Part shown: piece by piece, positions 25,900 to 41,915 of the stretch | How positions within the stretch are numbered: position 1 is the stretch's first letter | Layout of the letters: every line of letters starts with the position of its first letter | DNA from: Mobula hypostoma | Lineage: Eukaryota | Length of the DNA: 64,000 nucleotides | Direction of reading: 5' to 3' | NCBI RefSeq assembly: GCF_963921235.1 | Contig: NC_086097.1 | Coordinates: 230,766,001-230,830,000, forward strand | Notes under the pieces: model-generated | What the model was told of the DNA's origin: nothing | What the model saw: the letters and a program-made list of their open reading frames with translations, nothing else | Database searches by the model: none | Translations under genes and position numbers: made by a program

Positions 25900-28375
25900 A
25901 ACACATTATGGCAATCATATATAGGCCTCCAAGAAGTGGCGTTCAGATTGCAAAGGAAGCTGGGAAGGACATGCAGTAAGGGTAATGTTACAATTGTGAT
26001 AGGGAAATTAAATATGCAAGGGGTTTGGCAAAATCAGGCAAGAAAGAATTTGTTGAATGCCTACGAGATGACTTTTTAGGGCAGTTTGTGCTTGTGCCTA
26101 TTCAGGGAAAGGCTGTCTTAGTTTGGGCATTGTGCAATAACCCAGAACTTATTAGGGAGCTTAACGTAAAGGAACCTTTAGGAGACCATGAACATAATAT
26201 GATTGAATTCATACTGCAGTTTGAGAGGGAGAAGCACAAGTCACATGTATCAGTATCGCAATGGAATAAAGGGAATTACAGAGGTATGAGAGAGGAGCTT
26301 GCCAGGTGGATAGGAGGGGGATACTGGTTGGGAAGAACAGAAGTGGCTGAAGTTTCTAGGAATAGTTCACAATGTGCAGGATAGGTATGTCCCCCAGAAG
26401 AAGTTGTTCTCAAATGGCAGGGCTAGGCAACAGTTAAAGACTGCATAAAAGCCAAGGAAAGGGCATATAATGTAGTAAAAGTGAGTGGGAGTTGGATGAT
26501 TGGGAAGTTCTTAAAATCCAAGAAAAGGCAACTAAAAAACTATAAGAAGGGAAAAGATGAAATACAAGGGCAAACTAGCCAATAATATAAAACAGGATAC
26601 TAAAAGTTTTTTTCAGTTATATAAAGAATAAAAGGGAGGTGAGAATTGATACTGGACCACTGGAAAATTATATTGGTGAGGTAGTAATGGGGGTGGGGGA
26701 GGGGAGAAAAGAAATGACAAATGAACTTAAGTACTTTGCTTTAGTCTTTACTATGGAAGACACCAGCAGTATGACAGAGGTCAGTGCGTGTCCAGGAGCA
26801 GGAGTGAGTGCCATTGCTATTACAAAGGAAAAAGTGCCTGGCAAACTGAAAAGTCTTATAGTGGATAAGTCACCTGGACCAGATGGACTACATCCCAGAA
26901 AACTGAAGAGATAACAGATGCATTAGTCATGAGCTTTCAAGAATCACTTGCTTCTAGCATCGTCCTGGGGGGCTGGAAAATTGCAAATGTCACTCCACTC
27001 TTTAAGAAGGGAGAAGGGCAGAAGAAAGTAAATTATAGGTCACTTAGCCTAACCTCAAGTGGTTAGGAAAGTGTTGGAGTCCATTATCAAGGACTAGGTT
27101 TCAAGGTACTTGGAAACTAATGATAAAATAAGTCAAAGTCAGCATAATTTCTGTAAAGGGAAATCTTACATGACAAATACGTTGGGAATACTTTGAAGAA
27201 GTAGCAAGCAAAATGGACAAAGGCTATGCAGTGGATGGCATTTAGATAGATTTTCAGAAGGCATTTGATAAGATGCCTCGCACGAAGCTGCTTAACAAGC
27301 TAAAGTACTTTGGTGTTTGAGGAAAGACACTGGCATGGATAGAGGAATGGCTGACAGGCAGAAGGCAGCGAGTGGGAATAAAGGGGGCCTTTTCTGATTG
27401 GCTGCCAGTGACTAGTGATGTTCCTCAGGGGTCAGTATTGGGACCACTACTTTTCACATTGTCAATGATTTAGATAGTGTAATTGATGGCTTTGTGGCAA
27501 AGTTTGAAGATGATATGAAGACAGATGGTGAGGTAGGTAGTGCTGAGAAAGCAATGCGATTGCAGCAGAACTTAGACAAATTGGAATACTGGGCAAAAGT
27601 ACAGATAGAGTGTTGAGAAATGTATGATAATGCATTGTGGTAAAAGGAACAATTGTGCAGACTATTATCTAAATGGGGAGAAAATTCAAATATCAGAGGT
27701 GCAAAGGGACTTAGGAACCCTCATGCAAGACTCCCAGAAAGTTGAATCTGTGGTTAAGAAGGCAAATGCAATATTGGCATTTATTTCAAGGGGAATAGAA
27801 TATAAACACAAGGAGATAATGCTGAAGATTTACAAGACACTAGTCAAACTGCACTTGGAGTATTGTCCAGTTATCTCAGAAAGGATGTATTGTCATTGGA
27901 GAGAAGAGTCCAGAGGAGGTTCATGAGAATGATTGTGGGAATGAAGGAGCATCTGGCAGCTTTGGGTCTGTACACACTGGAATTTAGAAGAATGTGTGGG
28001 GATCTCATTGAAACGTACCAACTGTTGAAAGGGCTAGGTAAGGTGATTGTGGAGAGGATGTTTCCTCTGGTAAGGGGTATCCAGAACTAGAGGGCAGTCT
28101 CAAAACTGAGGGGCAGCCTTTTAGAACAGAAAGTAGGAGGAACTTAGCCAAAGAATGGTGAAGTTGTGGAATGCTCTGCCACAGACTGTGATGGAGGCCA
28201 AGTCTGTGGGTATACGTAAGATGGAAGTTGATAGATTCCTGATTGCTCAGGGCATCAAGGGATATGGCAAGAGAGCAGGTGTATGGGGTTGAATGGGATC
28301 TGGAATCTACCATTATGAAATGGCACAGTGGATTCAATGGGCTAAATGGCCTAATTCTGCTCCTATGTCCTATGG
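25900..28375 (+). mobile_element. Old CR1 ORF2 with 3' tail
   Basis: APE and RT remnants (DKSPGPDGLHP, FISRGIEYK); cctatgtcctatgg tail. Confidence 0.8.
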
Positions 28376-28641
28376 TTTAAAGATTTTTTTTTCCAGAAGA
28401 TAAATGAAGTGGAGACTTTGAAAATAAAAGTTTCATACAATTTCTCTTTCACAACATTCTCATATCTTGATGGTCTTCTATTCCGAACCAGGTTTAGCGT
28501 TTTGAGTATTGGAATAGTTGTTTTTATTCTCCTCTCCTGTGGCCTGGTACAAGACTTGCCAAATTTTGAACACGAAATTCTGCAAAGGTTGAAAATCAGA
28601 GCAATACACACAAAATGCTGCAAGAACATTTTGGGCTGAGG

Positions 28642-29287
28642 TAGAACATAGAACATAGAAATCTACAGCACATTACAGGCCCTTCGGCCCACAATGTTGT
28701 GGCAATCATGTAACCTACTCTAGAAATTGCCTAGAATTTCCCTAGCGCATAGCCCTCTCTTTTTCTAAGTTCCATGTACCTATCTAAGAGGCTCTGAAAA
28801 GACCCTATTGTATGTGCTTCTGGCAGTGCATTCCACACCCCCACCACTCTCTGTGAAAAACTTACCCCTGACATCCCCTTGGAACCTACTACCAAGCACC
28901 TTAAAATTATGTCCCCTTGTGGCAGCCATTTCAGCCCAGGGAAAAAGCCTCTGACTATCCACACGATCAATGCCTCTCATCATCTTATACACCTCTATCA
29001 GGTCACCTCTCATCCTCCGTCATTCCAAGGAGAAAAGACCAAGTTCACTCAACCTATTCTCACAATTTACGCTCTCCAATCCAGGCAACATCCTTGTAAA
29101 TCTCCTCTGCATTCTCTCTATAGTATCCACATCCTTCCTTTAGTGAGGTGATCAAAACTGAACACAGTACTCCAAATAGGGTCTGACCAAGGTCTTGTAT
29201 AGCTGTAACTTTACCTCATGGCTCTTGAACTCAATCCCACAGTTGATGAATGCCAAAACACCATATGCCGCCTTAATAACACTGTCA
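28642..29287 (-). mobile_element. CR1 3' fragment
   Basis: MRGDLIEVYKMMRGIDRVD; (TAGAACA)n tail seen on the plus strand. Confidence 0.82.
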
Positions 29288-29319
29288 AAATAAAGAAAAT
29301 GAAGATGCCTTATCAAGAT

Positions 29320-29352
29320 CTGATGAAGGGTCTCATCCCAAAACGTTGACTG
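29320..29352 (+). ncRNA. Degenerate hammerhead motif in a PLE terminus
   Basis: CTGATGA-AGGGTCTCATCCC-AAAA-CGTT-GACTG followed by the PLE terminal sequence. Confidence 0.45.
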
Positions 29353-30571
29353 TATAGATGCTGCTTGACCTGCTGAGTTCCTCTAGTACTTTGTCTGTTG
29401 CTCGTAACATTAAATGTTAAGAATCCATCTGTAGTAGAATCTGATTCTTTGCAAGTCTTCTGGCTAATATTCTGTAAGGGTAGGGATTAATGTTGCTGAA
29501 AATGTTTAGTTTTACTTAACCAATTAATTGAAATGAAAATGGCTTTTTCATAGAAAACCTGAGCTAATAGTCTCTACAAACTGATTCCTGATATTTTTCT
29601 TTCAAAGGGTTACTTTTGTCTCCTGTTCTCGCTGTTGAGAAATTCTGATTGTGGCATAAATCATGGATGTATTGGAGCATAAAAAATCGAGAAGTTAAAC
29701 TGCAGGTGCTGGAACATCAAACAGAAATGTTGGAACAACTCAGTCAGTCGAGTGGTATCTGTGGAAGCCAAAATAATTTCAGGATAAAGACACTCCATTA
29801 TACATCAAAGCTTTTGAAATCTAGTTTAAAATAGCAATGGCACAAGTAAGGGCATCTTGTGTACTATCAAATACAAAAAAAACCTTAACCTTAGCTGCTC
29901 TTTAGATTTTGAGAAAAGATTCAGATAAGAAAGGCCTTAAATCTGTAGAAAATAGAAAAATAGTATGCTGTAAATTAGGTGATACACTAATCCAAAGCTA
30001 GATTTATCATTTTGCTTCCAGTGTTGATTCTTTCCATCCAATGAAATGGCACTCTGTATGCCACTCTGGAGCCTTCTTGGGCTCTAGCCTTTGTACAAAA
30101 TTTCAGCAAAAGTTATTGCAGATGAGTAAAAACAGATTCATAACAGACTTGTAGAGTACAGCAAAGGATCCTTCAGTCTCCCACATCCACCTGACCTATT
30201 TTGTCCATCTACAGTAACTGTATTTTTCTGCATCTTTAATGCTTTGCCTATTTCAGGTTTTGTCCAAGTGTCTCTTAAATGTAGTGACTGGTATCTGATT
30301 CAATCATCTCCTCTGACTGCAAGCTCAAGATCTCAAAACAGCAAACCTTTCTCCTTAGACTCCTTCCTCTCCCTTTAAACTTCTACCCTCATTTTTTGAT
30401 TCCCATTATCAAGAGGGTAAAAAAAAAGATTCTGACTATCTACTCTCTCTCTGCCTCACATTATATATCACTATCAGGCCACCCCTCAGTTTCCTTTGCT
30501 CCAGAGAAAACAAACCCAGCCTATGTAATTTCCCCTCTTAACTAAAGTTCTCCAGTCCTGGCATCATTGAG

Positions 30572-30810
30572 GTTTTATTTATTTAGTAGTACAGCACTGA
30601 GTGGGCCCTTTGAGGTGCACCACCCTAACAATCCCGACAACCCCAATTTAACTCTAGCCTGATCATGGGACCAATTAACCTACCGGAGTAAGTCTTTGGA
30701 CTTTGGGGAGAAAATCTGAGCACCTGTGGAAAACCAGAGCACAGGCGACACTGGAAGTGAACTCTGAACTCTGATGCTCCAAGCTGTAATAGTGTTGTGC
30801 TACCCTGGCA
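30572..30810 (-). mobile_element. tRNA-derived SINE with V-domain-like core
   Basis: Minus strand ...ggttttccacaggtgctcagattttctccccaaagtccaaagac...ggttaattgg; (TAAA)n tail. Confidence 0.6.
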
Positions 30811-30989
30811 CCCTAATTCTCTGTCCCCAACCCAGTGCAATTATATCTTTCAGTATGCAGCCAGAACAGCACACTGTATTCCACTTGTGGCCAAACCAGT
30901 ATTTCGAACTGCTATATTGTAACTTCCCTGCTCTCTTATATTCTATGCCAGCTAATTGACGGAGATGTGCCAATGCCAAGGTCTATCTT

Positions 30990-33044
30990 ATCCAATCTCT
31001 CTAACTAAAAGTCTTCTAATCTAGGAAACATAAAAGGCAATTAGAAAAATTCTACTTGACCTTTCTTAAATATGATTTATCAATGAAGTGAAATGACAAA
31101 CACAACCATGAGTAAATAACCACTTCATGCGATGTCTGAAAAAAAGAAGTTACAGTGTGCCCAATTCACCATGAGCACTGGTGGTATATTCCAAGACAGT
31201 AACCTTTGGCAAAAATAGCTTTAGGCATCTAATGACTAATTCCCAGCGAATTTTGTATGCAAATCTGCTTGCTATTCATATCAATAGCAAAGTTGGTGTG
31301 AAATAGGTTGTCTGCTTAATGCTTACTGGAGACTTCAATTTCCCCAATTACATGTATGGATAATGACCGGCTTCTCAAGAACAAGTTTAATTTTGTGTTA
31401 CATTTCCTAACAATAATTGCAAAATCCAATAATTATTTTACATCCATTTCACTAATTTTAATAACTAATCAGTGAAACACATAAAACCCAATTCCGCTAA
31501 TGTAACGGATAAAATAGATCTGCCTTGGGTTACTGATTTCAATTGCATTACACAATATACTGGGTAGCAATCTTAACTGTATAAATTGCAATTTACCAAT
31601 GCTTATTGGCAAAAATTGCCTAATTAATTATATCCTCTAAATTACTGATAATAAAACATTCCAGGATAAAACCCAGAGGAATGAAAATTGTTACTCATCA
31701 TTATTCAATTTGTACCAATGGCCAGCCCAAGCAAGGATCACCAGTAACAATGGTAAGTTTAAACACACCTATAAAAACAATGGATGCCCTCGATTCTTTG
31801 GCAGATGCAGGGCAAGATAGGGCCTCTAGACTGATGTCTCCACCCTCAGAATATGAATATGACTTACTTCCATATTCTCATGAACTTTGACCATGTGGTA
31901 GAATTTTACATGAGTGATAAATTATTTGCTTCAATATGCATGCACGACAAACTGCATACAAATGTATCATGTGCACGTAAGTATTGACAACAATTTAACT
32001 CTGCAGTCTTCCACTGACCTGAAGTAGTCCTCGAAGCCCAAATTTAAAAATTCAGACCAAATATATCTATTTTTTTGTCAGAAGTATTCAGCAATTTTTT
32101 TTTAAACACTTTCTCTCAAGACATCTGTTATTTTGAAGTTATTTTTAAGTGACAATTACAGTATATTAAAGCATCATTCCTTTAAAAAGCTCTATATGGT
32201 TTCTCAATAAATGAGTTACCTTCCAAATTCTGTTTTGTATTTTTGTGTATAATATTTTATAATACTTTCCCTGCAGGCAAAGCTTACCTTACTTTTCTGT
32301 ATCCTAAAGCTTGCTGTTTCGCTTTGTACTTTCAGGGGAGCATGTGCAATAATACAATATACAACAGACCAGCAACCCCATATTCAATTGAAAACAGATA
32401 ATGCCTCTTGAAACAGCCAATGATTAATCTTCTGTATGGGAGGATGCAAATGATAAAAGATCATTCTAAGAACCAAATGACAGGTTATAGATTTAGGAAA
32501 GTTAGAACAAGGCCTTGTACAGATTTCAGGTTAACATAAATAATAACTATTTGATTAGACCTCTTAATTACTACAAAAGAAATTGGTTCTCAGATGCAAC
32601 TTAAATGACACACTGAAGAATTTTCAATACAATATTTATGTAGTTTAGTGCATTATGTGCTTGTACAAGGAATCTTTGTATTTCCTTCAATTTATCAATG
32701 GATTCAGTACAAGTTAATCTGCTTATACTGATAGTTCAAAACTGTAAACACATAATCCTAAAATGACATTTTCAATGTTGATAAACTGTTTACAAATAAC
32801 TAATTGTAGTAAAACCTCCTATGAAGCATTTAACTGAGATGAACAATTGTCAGCTAATGGCTGAGGTATTTACAATTGGAAGCAACTAAAGAAACTGGAT
32901 GGGTTAGCTCCAGAACAAATAACTATGAGTCTTTGGAACTTGACTGACATTCAGTAATCAGTAACTACAGGTAAGTGATATTCTTTGCTACCAGTCTCAT
33001 TGTATTTTCTATAACTGATCCAACTATCTATTAATATGTTATTA
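30990..33044 (-). other. TE-free AT-rich region, probable TMEM200C 3' UTR
   Basis: Directly downstream of the stop codon; no recognisable repeats, unlike the flanks; poly(A) site not identified. Confidence 0.45.
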
Positions 33045-34628
<1,584 letters not shown>

Positions 34629-35191
34629 CTATATCTGCAGTAAATAAACACAAAAAATACAATTTAAGGAAATAAGAACTGACATGTTTATTAAAAAAAG
34701 AGATGAAACTTAACTCACAGTTGGTGATCTTCAACAATCTTGAGCAATAAAAACAAGTTTTAGGAACTGATAGTGACTGAAGCACATTATTTGGTCAATC
34801 TATGCAATATCTTAGGGGTGTCTGAGCAGACCAGCAGACTTTGGAGAGGTTTCTAAAGGAATAGAAAAAAATCAATTTAATTTCCATTTGAAAAGCACTG
34901 ATATCTTGCAATGATTTTTTTAAAAAAAGGGACAAGAGCTCTTGATCACTAATCCAGCAGAGGCATAGTGTGCCAGATTTTATTGTGCAAAACTACCAGC
35001 ATCAAACATCCAGATGGCAGTAAGTCCTGGACTTGCATATGTGCTAGCCAACAATAAAGCCTAGGACTTACTAATATGTCAGCATTCACTGGACTCTCCC
35101 TGGGAAATTGCTCTTTGAAAGGTGTAGAATCTGATGCCACTGCTTTCAATGTGGATTTTAAGGCAAAAATATCAGGAGGCAATGGTAGAAT

Positions 35192-36197
35192 TGAATTCAA
35201 TTGATTTTATTTCTTGTATCTTTCACATACATGAGTAAAACTCTTTACGTTAGATCTCCATCTAAATGTGCAATCATTGTAATTTATAATAAATAGAACA
35301 TTCGGTGTAATGTACAGTGCACTCAAATCAGCGTGAGTTCATCAGTCTGATGGCCTGTTGGTCCTGGCTTTTATGCTGTGGTACCGCTTCCCCGATGGCA
35401 ACAGCTGGAATAGATTGTGGTTGGGGTGTCAAGTCCCCAATGATCCTACGTGCCCTTTTTACACACCTGTCCTTGTAAATGTCCTGAATCATGGGAAGTT
35501 CATAACTACAGCTGGGCTGTCCACACCACTCTCTGCGGAGTCCTGCGGTTAAGGGAGGTACAGTTCCCATACCAGGCAGTGATGCAGCCAGTCAGGATAC
35601 TCTCAATTGTGCCCCTGTAGAAAGTTCTTAGCATTCGGGGACCATACTAAACTTCCTCAACCGTCTGACGTGAAAGAGGTGCTGTTGTGCCTTTTTCACC
35701 ACATAACTGGTTTGTACAGGCCACGTGAGGTCCTTGGTGACGTGGATGCCGAGGAACTTGAAGTACCCTCTCAACCCCAGATCCACTGATATCAATAGGG
35801 GTTAGTCCATCTACATTCCTCCTGTAATCCACAACCAGCCCGTTTGTTTTTGCGACACTGAGGGAGTGGTTGTTTTCTTGACACCACTGTGTCAGAGAGA
35901 TGACTTCTTCCCTGTAGGCCACCCTGTTATTGTTTCAGATAAGGCCAATCAATGTGGTATTGTCAGCAAATTTAATTTGCAGATTGGAGCTCTGGGTGGC
36001 AATACAGTCATGAGTATACAGGGAGTAAAGGAGGGGACTCAGTACACAGCCCTGAGGGGTTCCTGTATTGACAGCCAGAGGGGTGGAGGTGAGGGAGCCC
36101 ACTCTTACAACCTGCTAGTGATCTGACAGGAAGTCCAGGATCCAGCTGCAAAGGGCAGGGTCAAGGCCGAGGTCTCTGAGCTTCTTGTCGAGCCCGG
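35192..36197 (-). mobile_element. Rex1/Babar LINE 3' fragment
   Basis: Same family as 15946-19160; AYREEVISLTQWCQENN, YKDRCVKRARRII; (CAATT)n tail; shows the empty site for the Tigger insertion. Confidence 0.82.
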
Positions 36198-36499
36198 TTA
36201 GTTCTATTGAAATAATTTATGGCACCGAAAGAGATATCTTAGTTATGTGCTTGGTGCTGTTTTAGTTATCCATTTCTACTTTTTCCAAAATAGAAAGTAT
36301 AAATCAAAGGAACTTAAAAGTTGGTGGCAAGGACAATAATGAAATCCTTGTACCAAATGCGTAAGAGAACACATAGCAACTGACAGCATAATAAATAACT
36401 GCAACTGTTTCAAAAGCAAGTTTATTCTCCCAATGTCCCAGAAAGGACAGACTAGGATAATGCAACATAGGAAATAGTTAAACATATATATAAACTGTC

Positions 36500-38715
36500 T
36501 ATCTAACTGTGATCACAATTCTATCTCCTTTACCATAGCATTGGAGAGAGATAGGAACAGACAAGTTAGGAGAGCGTTTAACTGGAGTAAAGGAAAATAT
36601 GAGGCTATCAGACAAGAACTTGGAAGCATAAATTGGGAACAGATGTTCTCAGGGAAATATCTGGAAGAAGTGTGGCAAATGTTCAGGGGATATTTGCATG
36701 GAGTTCTGCATAGGTACATTCCAATGAGACAAAGAAAGGATGGTAGGGTACAGGACCGTGGTGTACAAAGGCTGCTGTAAATCTAGTCAAGAAGAAAAGA
36801 AGAGCTTACAAAAGATTCAAAAAACTAGGTAATGATAGATATCTAGAAGGTTATAAGGCTAACAGGAAGGAACTTAAAAAAGAAATTAGGAGAGCCTGAA
36901 GGGGCCATGAGAAGGCCTTGGTGAGCACGATTAAAGAAAATCCCAAGGCCTTCTACAAGTATGTGAAGAGCAAGAGGATAAGATGTGAGAGAATAGGACC
37001 AATCAAGTGTGACAGTGGAAAAGTGTGTATGGAGGAGATAGTAGAGGTACTTAATGAGTATGTTGCTTCAGTATTCGCTACGGAAAAGGATCTTGGCAAT
37101 TGCAGGGATGACTGAAAAGCTTGGGCATGTAGATATTAAGAGCGAGGATGTGCTGGAGCTTTTTGAAAGCATCAAGTTGGATAAGTCACTGGGACTGGAC
37201 GAGATGTATCCCAGCCTACTGTGGGAGGCGACGGAGATTGCTGAGATTCTGGCGATGATCCTTGCATCATCAATCTGGATGGGAGAGGTTCTGGAGGATT
37301 GGAGGGTTGTGGATGTTGTTCCATTATTCAAGAAAGGGAGTAGAGATAACCCAGGAAATTATAGACCAGTGAGTCTTACCTCAGTGATTGGTAAGTTGAT
37401 GGAGAAGATCCTGAGAGGCAGGATTTATGAACATTCGGAGAGGCATAATATGATTAGGAATAGTCAGCATGGCTTTGTCAAAGGCAGGTCGTGCCTCGAA
37501 GCCTGATTGAGGATGTGACTAAACACATTGATGAAGGTAGAGCAGCAGATGTAGTGTATATGGGTTTCAGCAAAGTGTTTGATAAGGTACCCCGTGCAAG
37601 ACTTATTGAGAAAGTAAGGAGGCATGGGATCCAAGGGGACATTGCTTTGTGGATCTAGAACAGGCTTGCCCACAGAAGGCAAAGAGTGGTTGTGGATGGG
37701 TCATATTCTGCATGGAGACTGGTCACCAGTGGTGTGCCTCAGGGATCTGTTCTGGGACCCCTACTCTTCATCATTTTTATAAATGACCTGGTTGAGGAAG
37801 TGGAGGGATGGGTTAGTAAATTTGCTGATGACACAAAGATTAGAGGTGTTTCGGATAGTGTGGAGGGCTGTCAGAGGTTACAACAGGACATTGATAGGAT
37901 ACAAAACTGAGCTGAGAAGTGGCAGATGGAGATTAACCCAGATAAATGTAAAGTTGTTCATTTTGGTAGGTCAAATGTGATGACAGAATATAGTATTAAT
38001 GGTAAGACTCTTGGCAGTGTGGAGGATCAGAGGGATCTTGGGGTCTGAATCTATAGGACACTCAAAGCTGCTGCGCAGGTCAACTTTGTGGTTAAGAAAG
38101 CGTATGATGCATTGGCCTTCAACAATCGTGGGATTGAGTTTAGGAGCCGAGAGGTAATGTTGCAGCTATATAGGGCCATGGTCAGACCCACTTGTAGTAC
38201 TGTGCTCAGTTCTGGTCACCTCACTACAGGAAGGATGTGGAAACCATAGAAAGGATGCAGAAAAGATTTACAAGGATGTTGTCAGGATTGGGGAACATGC
38301 CTTATCAGAATAGGTTGAGTGAACTCGGCCCTTTCTCCTTGGAGCAACAGCAGATGAGAGGTGACCTGATAGAGATGTAGGATGATGAGAGTCATTGATT
38401 GTGTGGATAGTCAGAGGCTTTTTCCTAGGGCTGAAATGGCTAACATGAGAGGGCACAGTTTTAAGGTGCTTGGAAGAAGGTACAGAGAAGATGTCTGGGG
38501 TAAGTTTTTTTAAAAAAATGCAGAGTGTGGTGAGTGTGTGGAATGGGCTGCCAGCAAAGGTGGTGGAGGCGCATATGATAGGGCTTTTAAGAGACTCCTG
38601 GACAGGTACATGGAGCTCAGAAAAATAGAGAACTATTGGTAACCCTAAGTAATTTCTAAGGTAAGGACATGTTGGCATAGCTTTGTGGGCTGAAGGACCT
38701 GTATTGTGCTGTTGG
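36500..38715 (+). mobile_element. CR1 LINE ORF2 fragment
   Basis: PGNYRPVSLTS, QHGFVKGRSC, GVPQGSVLGP, KFADD; many stops. Confidence 0.88.
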
Positions 38716-38719
38716 TGCA

Positions 38720-39298
38720 GAAAATAAAAACCACATCATGCCTAAAAAAAAGAGTAAAAGAATAAAATAACCCATTAAAAAAACACTGTCGAACACTCAG
38801 TGCGCAATGAAAAAAAATCCAAACAGTAACTGCAAGAAACAGCGTTTCTGAACTGAAGTCTGCAAGGAGAGTCCCATAGTTCAGTACGGAGCCGGGTAAA
38901 TGTCATGGAGCAGCGATATGAACCAGCCTGTACCTTACCTCGGGTCCTGATACCTTGACGTTTACAATCTGGCCTAGCGCTTAAATCTCTGCCTGAACAA
39001 CAAGTTCTGCTGCTTGGATATGCCGGACTTCACTGCCTTGATTTGGCGTGTAAATCTCCCATCTGAACACTATATTCAGTCGCGTCAATATGCTCTGGGA
39101 CCAGGCCCTGCGGCTTCAATTCAGCCCATACGCAACCTTTCATGCTCTTACACGCTCTCAGCAATGGGCCCACCGCCTTGCCTCAGTTCTGCCACATCCA
39201 ACTGCCTCGAAGTCCAAAGGGAAATTACAGACTCTTACTTGCAATGATCCTTTGCCAGAAATTGCTGAGGTTCACCAGTGCCATCTTAACTGAAACTT
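38720..39298 (-). mobile_element. Unclassified non-autonomous repeat, same family as 43925-44504
   Basis: Shared blocks gccttgcctcagttctgccacatc, ttgcaatgatc and ttgctgag.ttcaccag..ccatctta. Confidence 0.6.
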
Positions 39299-39552
39299 AG
39301 TGCTATTCCAAATTATTCATAATAAATAGTTAGTGAAATTCTGCTTACTATCTAGTGTATTAAATTACTGAACATATTAAAATACTTTTCACTCCAGTTG
39401 CGCAATAAAGATCTATTCCTTATTCCAAACATATACATTAAAATTAAGTGCAATACAGATGTAATTAGTATCTATAAACTTTTAGAGTTAGACAAAAAGA
39501 AAATATTCAAACCTTTAAAACATATTCACATACAAAAAGGTACACCTTTTTG

Positions 39553-40216
39553 TTAGATTAGATTAGGAGGACACACAGTATTCTTTTATTGTCATTTAGT
39601 AATGCATGCATTAAGAAATGATACAATGTTCCTCCAGTGTGATATCACAGAAACACAAGCTAGACTAAGACTGAAAAACTGACAAAAACCACATAATCAT
39701 AACATATAGTTACAACAGTGCAAGCAATACCGTAATTTGATAGAAGAACAGACCATGGGCACGGTAAAAAAAAGTCTCAAAGTCTCTCGAAAGTCCCAAC
39801 ATCTCACGCAGATGGTAGAAGGAAGAAAACTCTCCCTGCCATGAGCTTCCAGCGGCGCAAACTTGCCGATGCAGCATCCTGGAAGCACCCGACCACAATC
39901 CAACTCTCAGTCTGTCTGAAAACTTCGAGCCTCCGACCAGCCCTCCGACACAGAGCACCATCTCTGCCGAGCGCTTCGACCCGAGCCCCGGCTGCCAGCA
40001 ACAGGCAAAACCGAGGATTTGGAGCCTTCCCTTCGGAGTTTCTTGATCGCACAGTAGTAGCGGCAGAGAACCAGGCATTTCACAAGTTTCTCCAGATGTT
40101 CCTCCCTGCTTCTCACATCCGTCTCCATCAAATTAGGATTGTGCACGGCCCTTATTTAACAAATACGATATCATTTCACCAGAGAGGCCGTGCGCGCTGT
40201 GTCGCGCCACCATCTG
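39553..40216 (-). mobile_element. CpG-rich non-autonomous retroposon (~660 bp)
   Basis: Minus strand begins AGATGGTGGCGCG and ends AATAAAA...(AATCT)n; high GC/CpG against AT-rich flanks. Confidence 0.6.
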
Positions 40217-40937
40217 TTCCACTTTATGTACCATCTTTTGCATTGTCGTCTATGTAGTATTTCTGAACATTCTCTAATCAAAAGTCAGTCTCTTTGATTT
40301 GTCTAACTTTTATTTTTATTGTTTTACTAACTTATCTCCAGGTAGTTGTGAAGCTACCTGGACTATACCTCTTCCCACCCTGTTACTTGTAAAAATGCCA
40401 TCCCCTTCTCTCAGTTTCTTTGTCTCCACCATATCTTTTCAATCCAGAACAAAAGAGATGTCCTCCTCCTTCAAAGAAAGGGGTTTCCTTTCCTCCACTA
40501 TCAACGTTGCCCTCAACCACATCTCTTCCATTTTGTGCACGTTTGCCCTCACCCCATCCTCCCGCCACCCCACCAGAGATAGGGTTCCTCTTGTACTCAC
40601 CTACCACCCTACCAGCTTCCATGTCCAGCACATAGTTCTCTGTAACTTCGCCATCTCCAATGGGATCCCACCATCAAACACATCTTTCTCTCCCCCACAC
40701 TTTCTGCTTTCCACAGGGATCAGTCCCTACATGACTCCCTTGTCCATTCGCCCCTCCCCACTGATCTCCTTCCTGGCACTTATCGTTGCAAACAGAACAA
40801 GCGCTACACCTGCCCCTACACCTCTTCCCTCACTCCCATTCAGGGCCAGAAACAGTCCTTCCAGGTGAGGCAACACTTCACCTGCAAGTCTGCTGGGATC
40901 ATCCACTGCATCTGATGCTCCTGGTGTGGCCTCCTGT

Positions 40938-41915
40938 ATATATATTAATGACTTGGATGAGGGAATTAAATGCAGCATCTCCAAGTTTGCGGATGACACG
41001 AAGCTGGGTGGCAGTGTTAGCAGTGAGGAGGATGCTAAGAGGATGCAGGGTGACTTGGATAGGTTGGGTGAGTGGGCAAATTCATGGCAGATGCAATTTA
41101 ATGTGGATAAATGTGAAGTTATCCACTTTGGTGGCAAAAATAGGAAAACAGATTATTATCTGAATGGTGGCCAATTAGGAAAAGGGGAGGTGCAACGAGA
41201 CCTGGGTGTCATTATACACCAGTCATTGAAAGTGGGCATGCAGGTACAGCAGGCGGTGAAAAAGGTGAATGGTATGCTGGCATTCATAACAAGAGGATTC
41301 GAGTACAGGAGCAGGGAGGTACTATTGCAGTTGTACAAGGCCTTGGTGAGACCACACCTGGAGTATCGTGTGCAGTTTTGGTCCCCTAATCTGAGGAAAG
41401 ACATTCTTGCCATAGAGGGAGTACAAAGAAGGTTCACCAGATTGATTCCTGGGATGGCAGGACTTTCATATGACGAAAGACTGGATGAACTGGGCTTGTA
41501 CTCGTTGGAATTTAGAAGATTGAGGGGGGATCTGATTGAAACGTATAAGATCCTAAAGGGATTGGACAGGCTAGATGCAGGAAGATTGTTCCCGATGTTG
41601 GGGAAGTCCAGAACGAGGGGTCACAGTTTGAGGATAGAGGGGAAGCCTTTTAGGACAGAGATTAGTAAAATCTTCTTCACACAGAGAGTGGTGAATCTGT
41701 GGAATTCTCTGCCACAGGAAACTGTTGAGGCCAGTTCATTGGCTATGTTTAAGAGGGAGTTAGATATGGCCCTTGTGGCTACAGGCGTCAGGGGGTATGG
41801 AGGGAAGGCTGGGGCGGGGTTCTGAGTTGGATGATCAGCCATGATCATAATAAATGGCGGTGCAGGCTCGAAGGGCCGAATGGCCTACTCCTGCACCTAC
41901 TTTCTATGTTTCTAT
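40938..41915 (+). mobile_element. Young CR1 3' fragment with uninterrupted reading frame
   Basis: Near identical to 718-1694; open from YINDLDEG to the natural stop at 41825. Confidence 0.93.

Noticed and set aside
39532..39552. Short palindrome CAAAAAGG...CCTTTTTG beside an element tail
   Set aside because: 8-bp low-complexity arms are expected by chance in AT-rich DNA
39697..40257. Overlapping ORFs in several frames
   Set aside because: Result of high GC content in a repeat; no recognisable protein motifs
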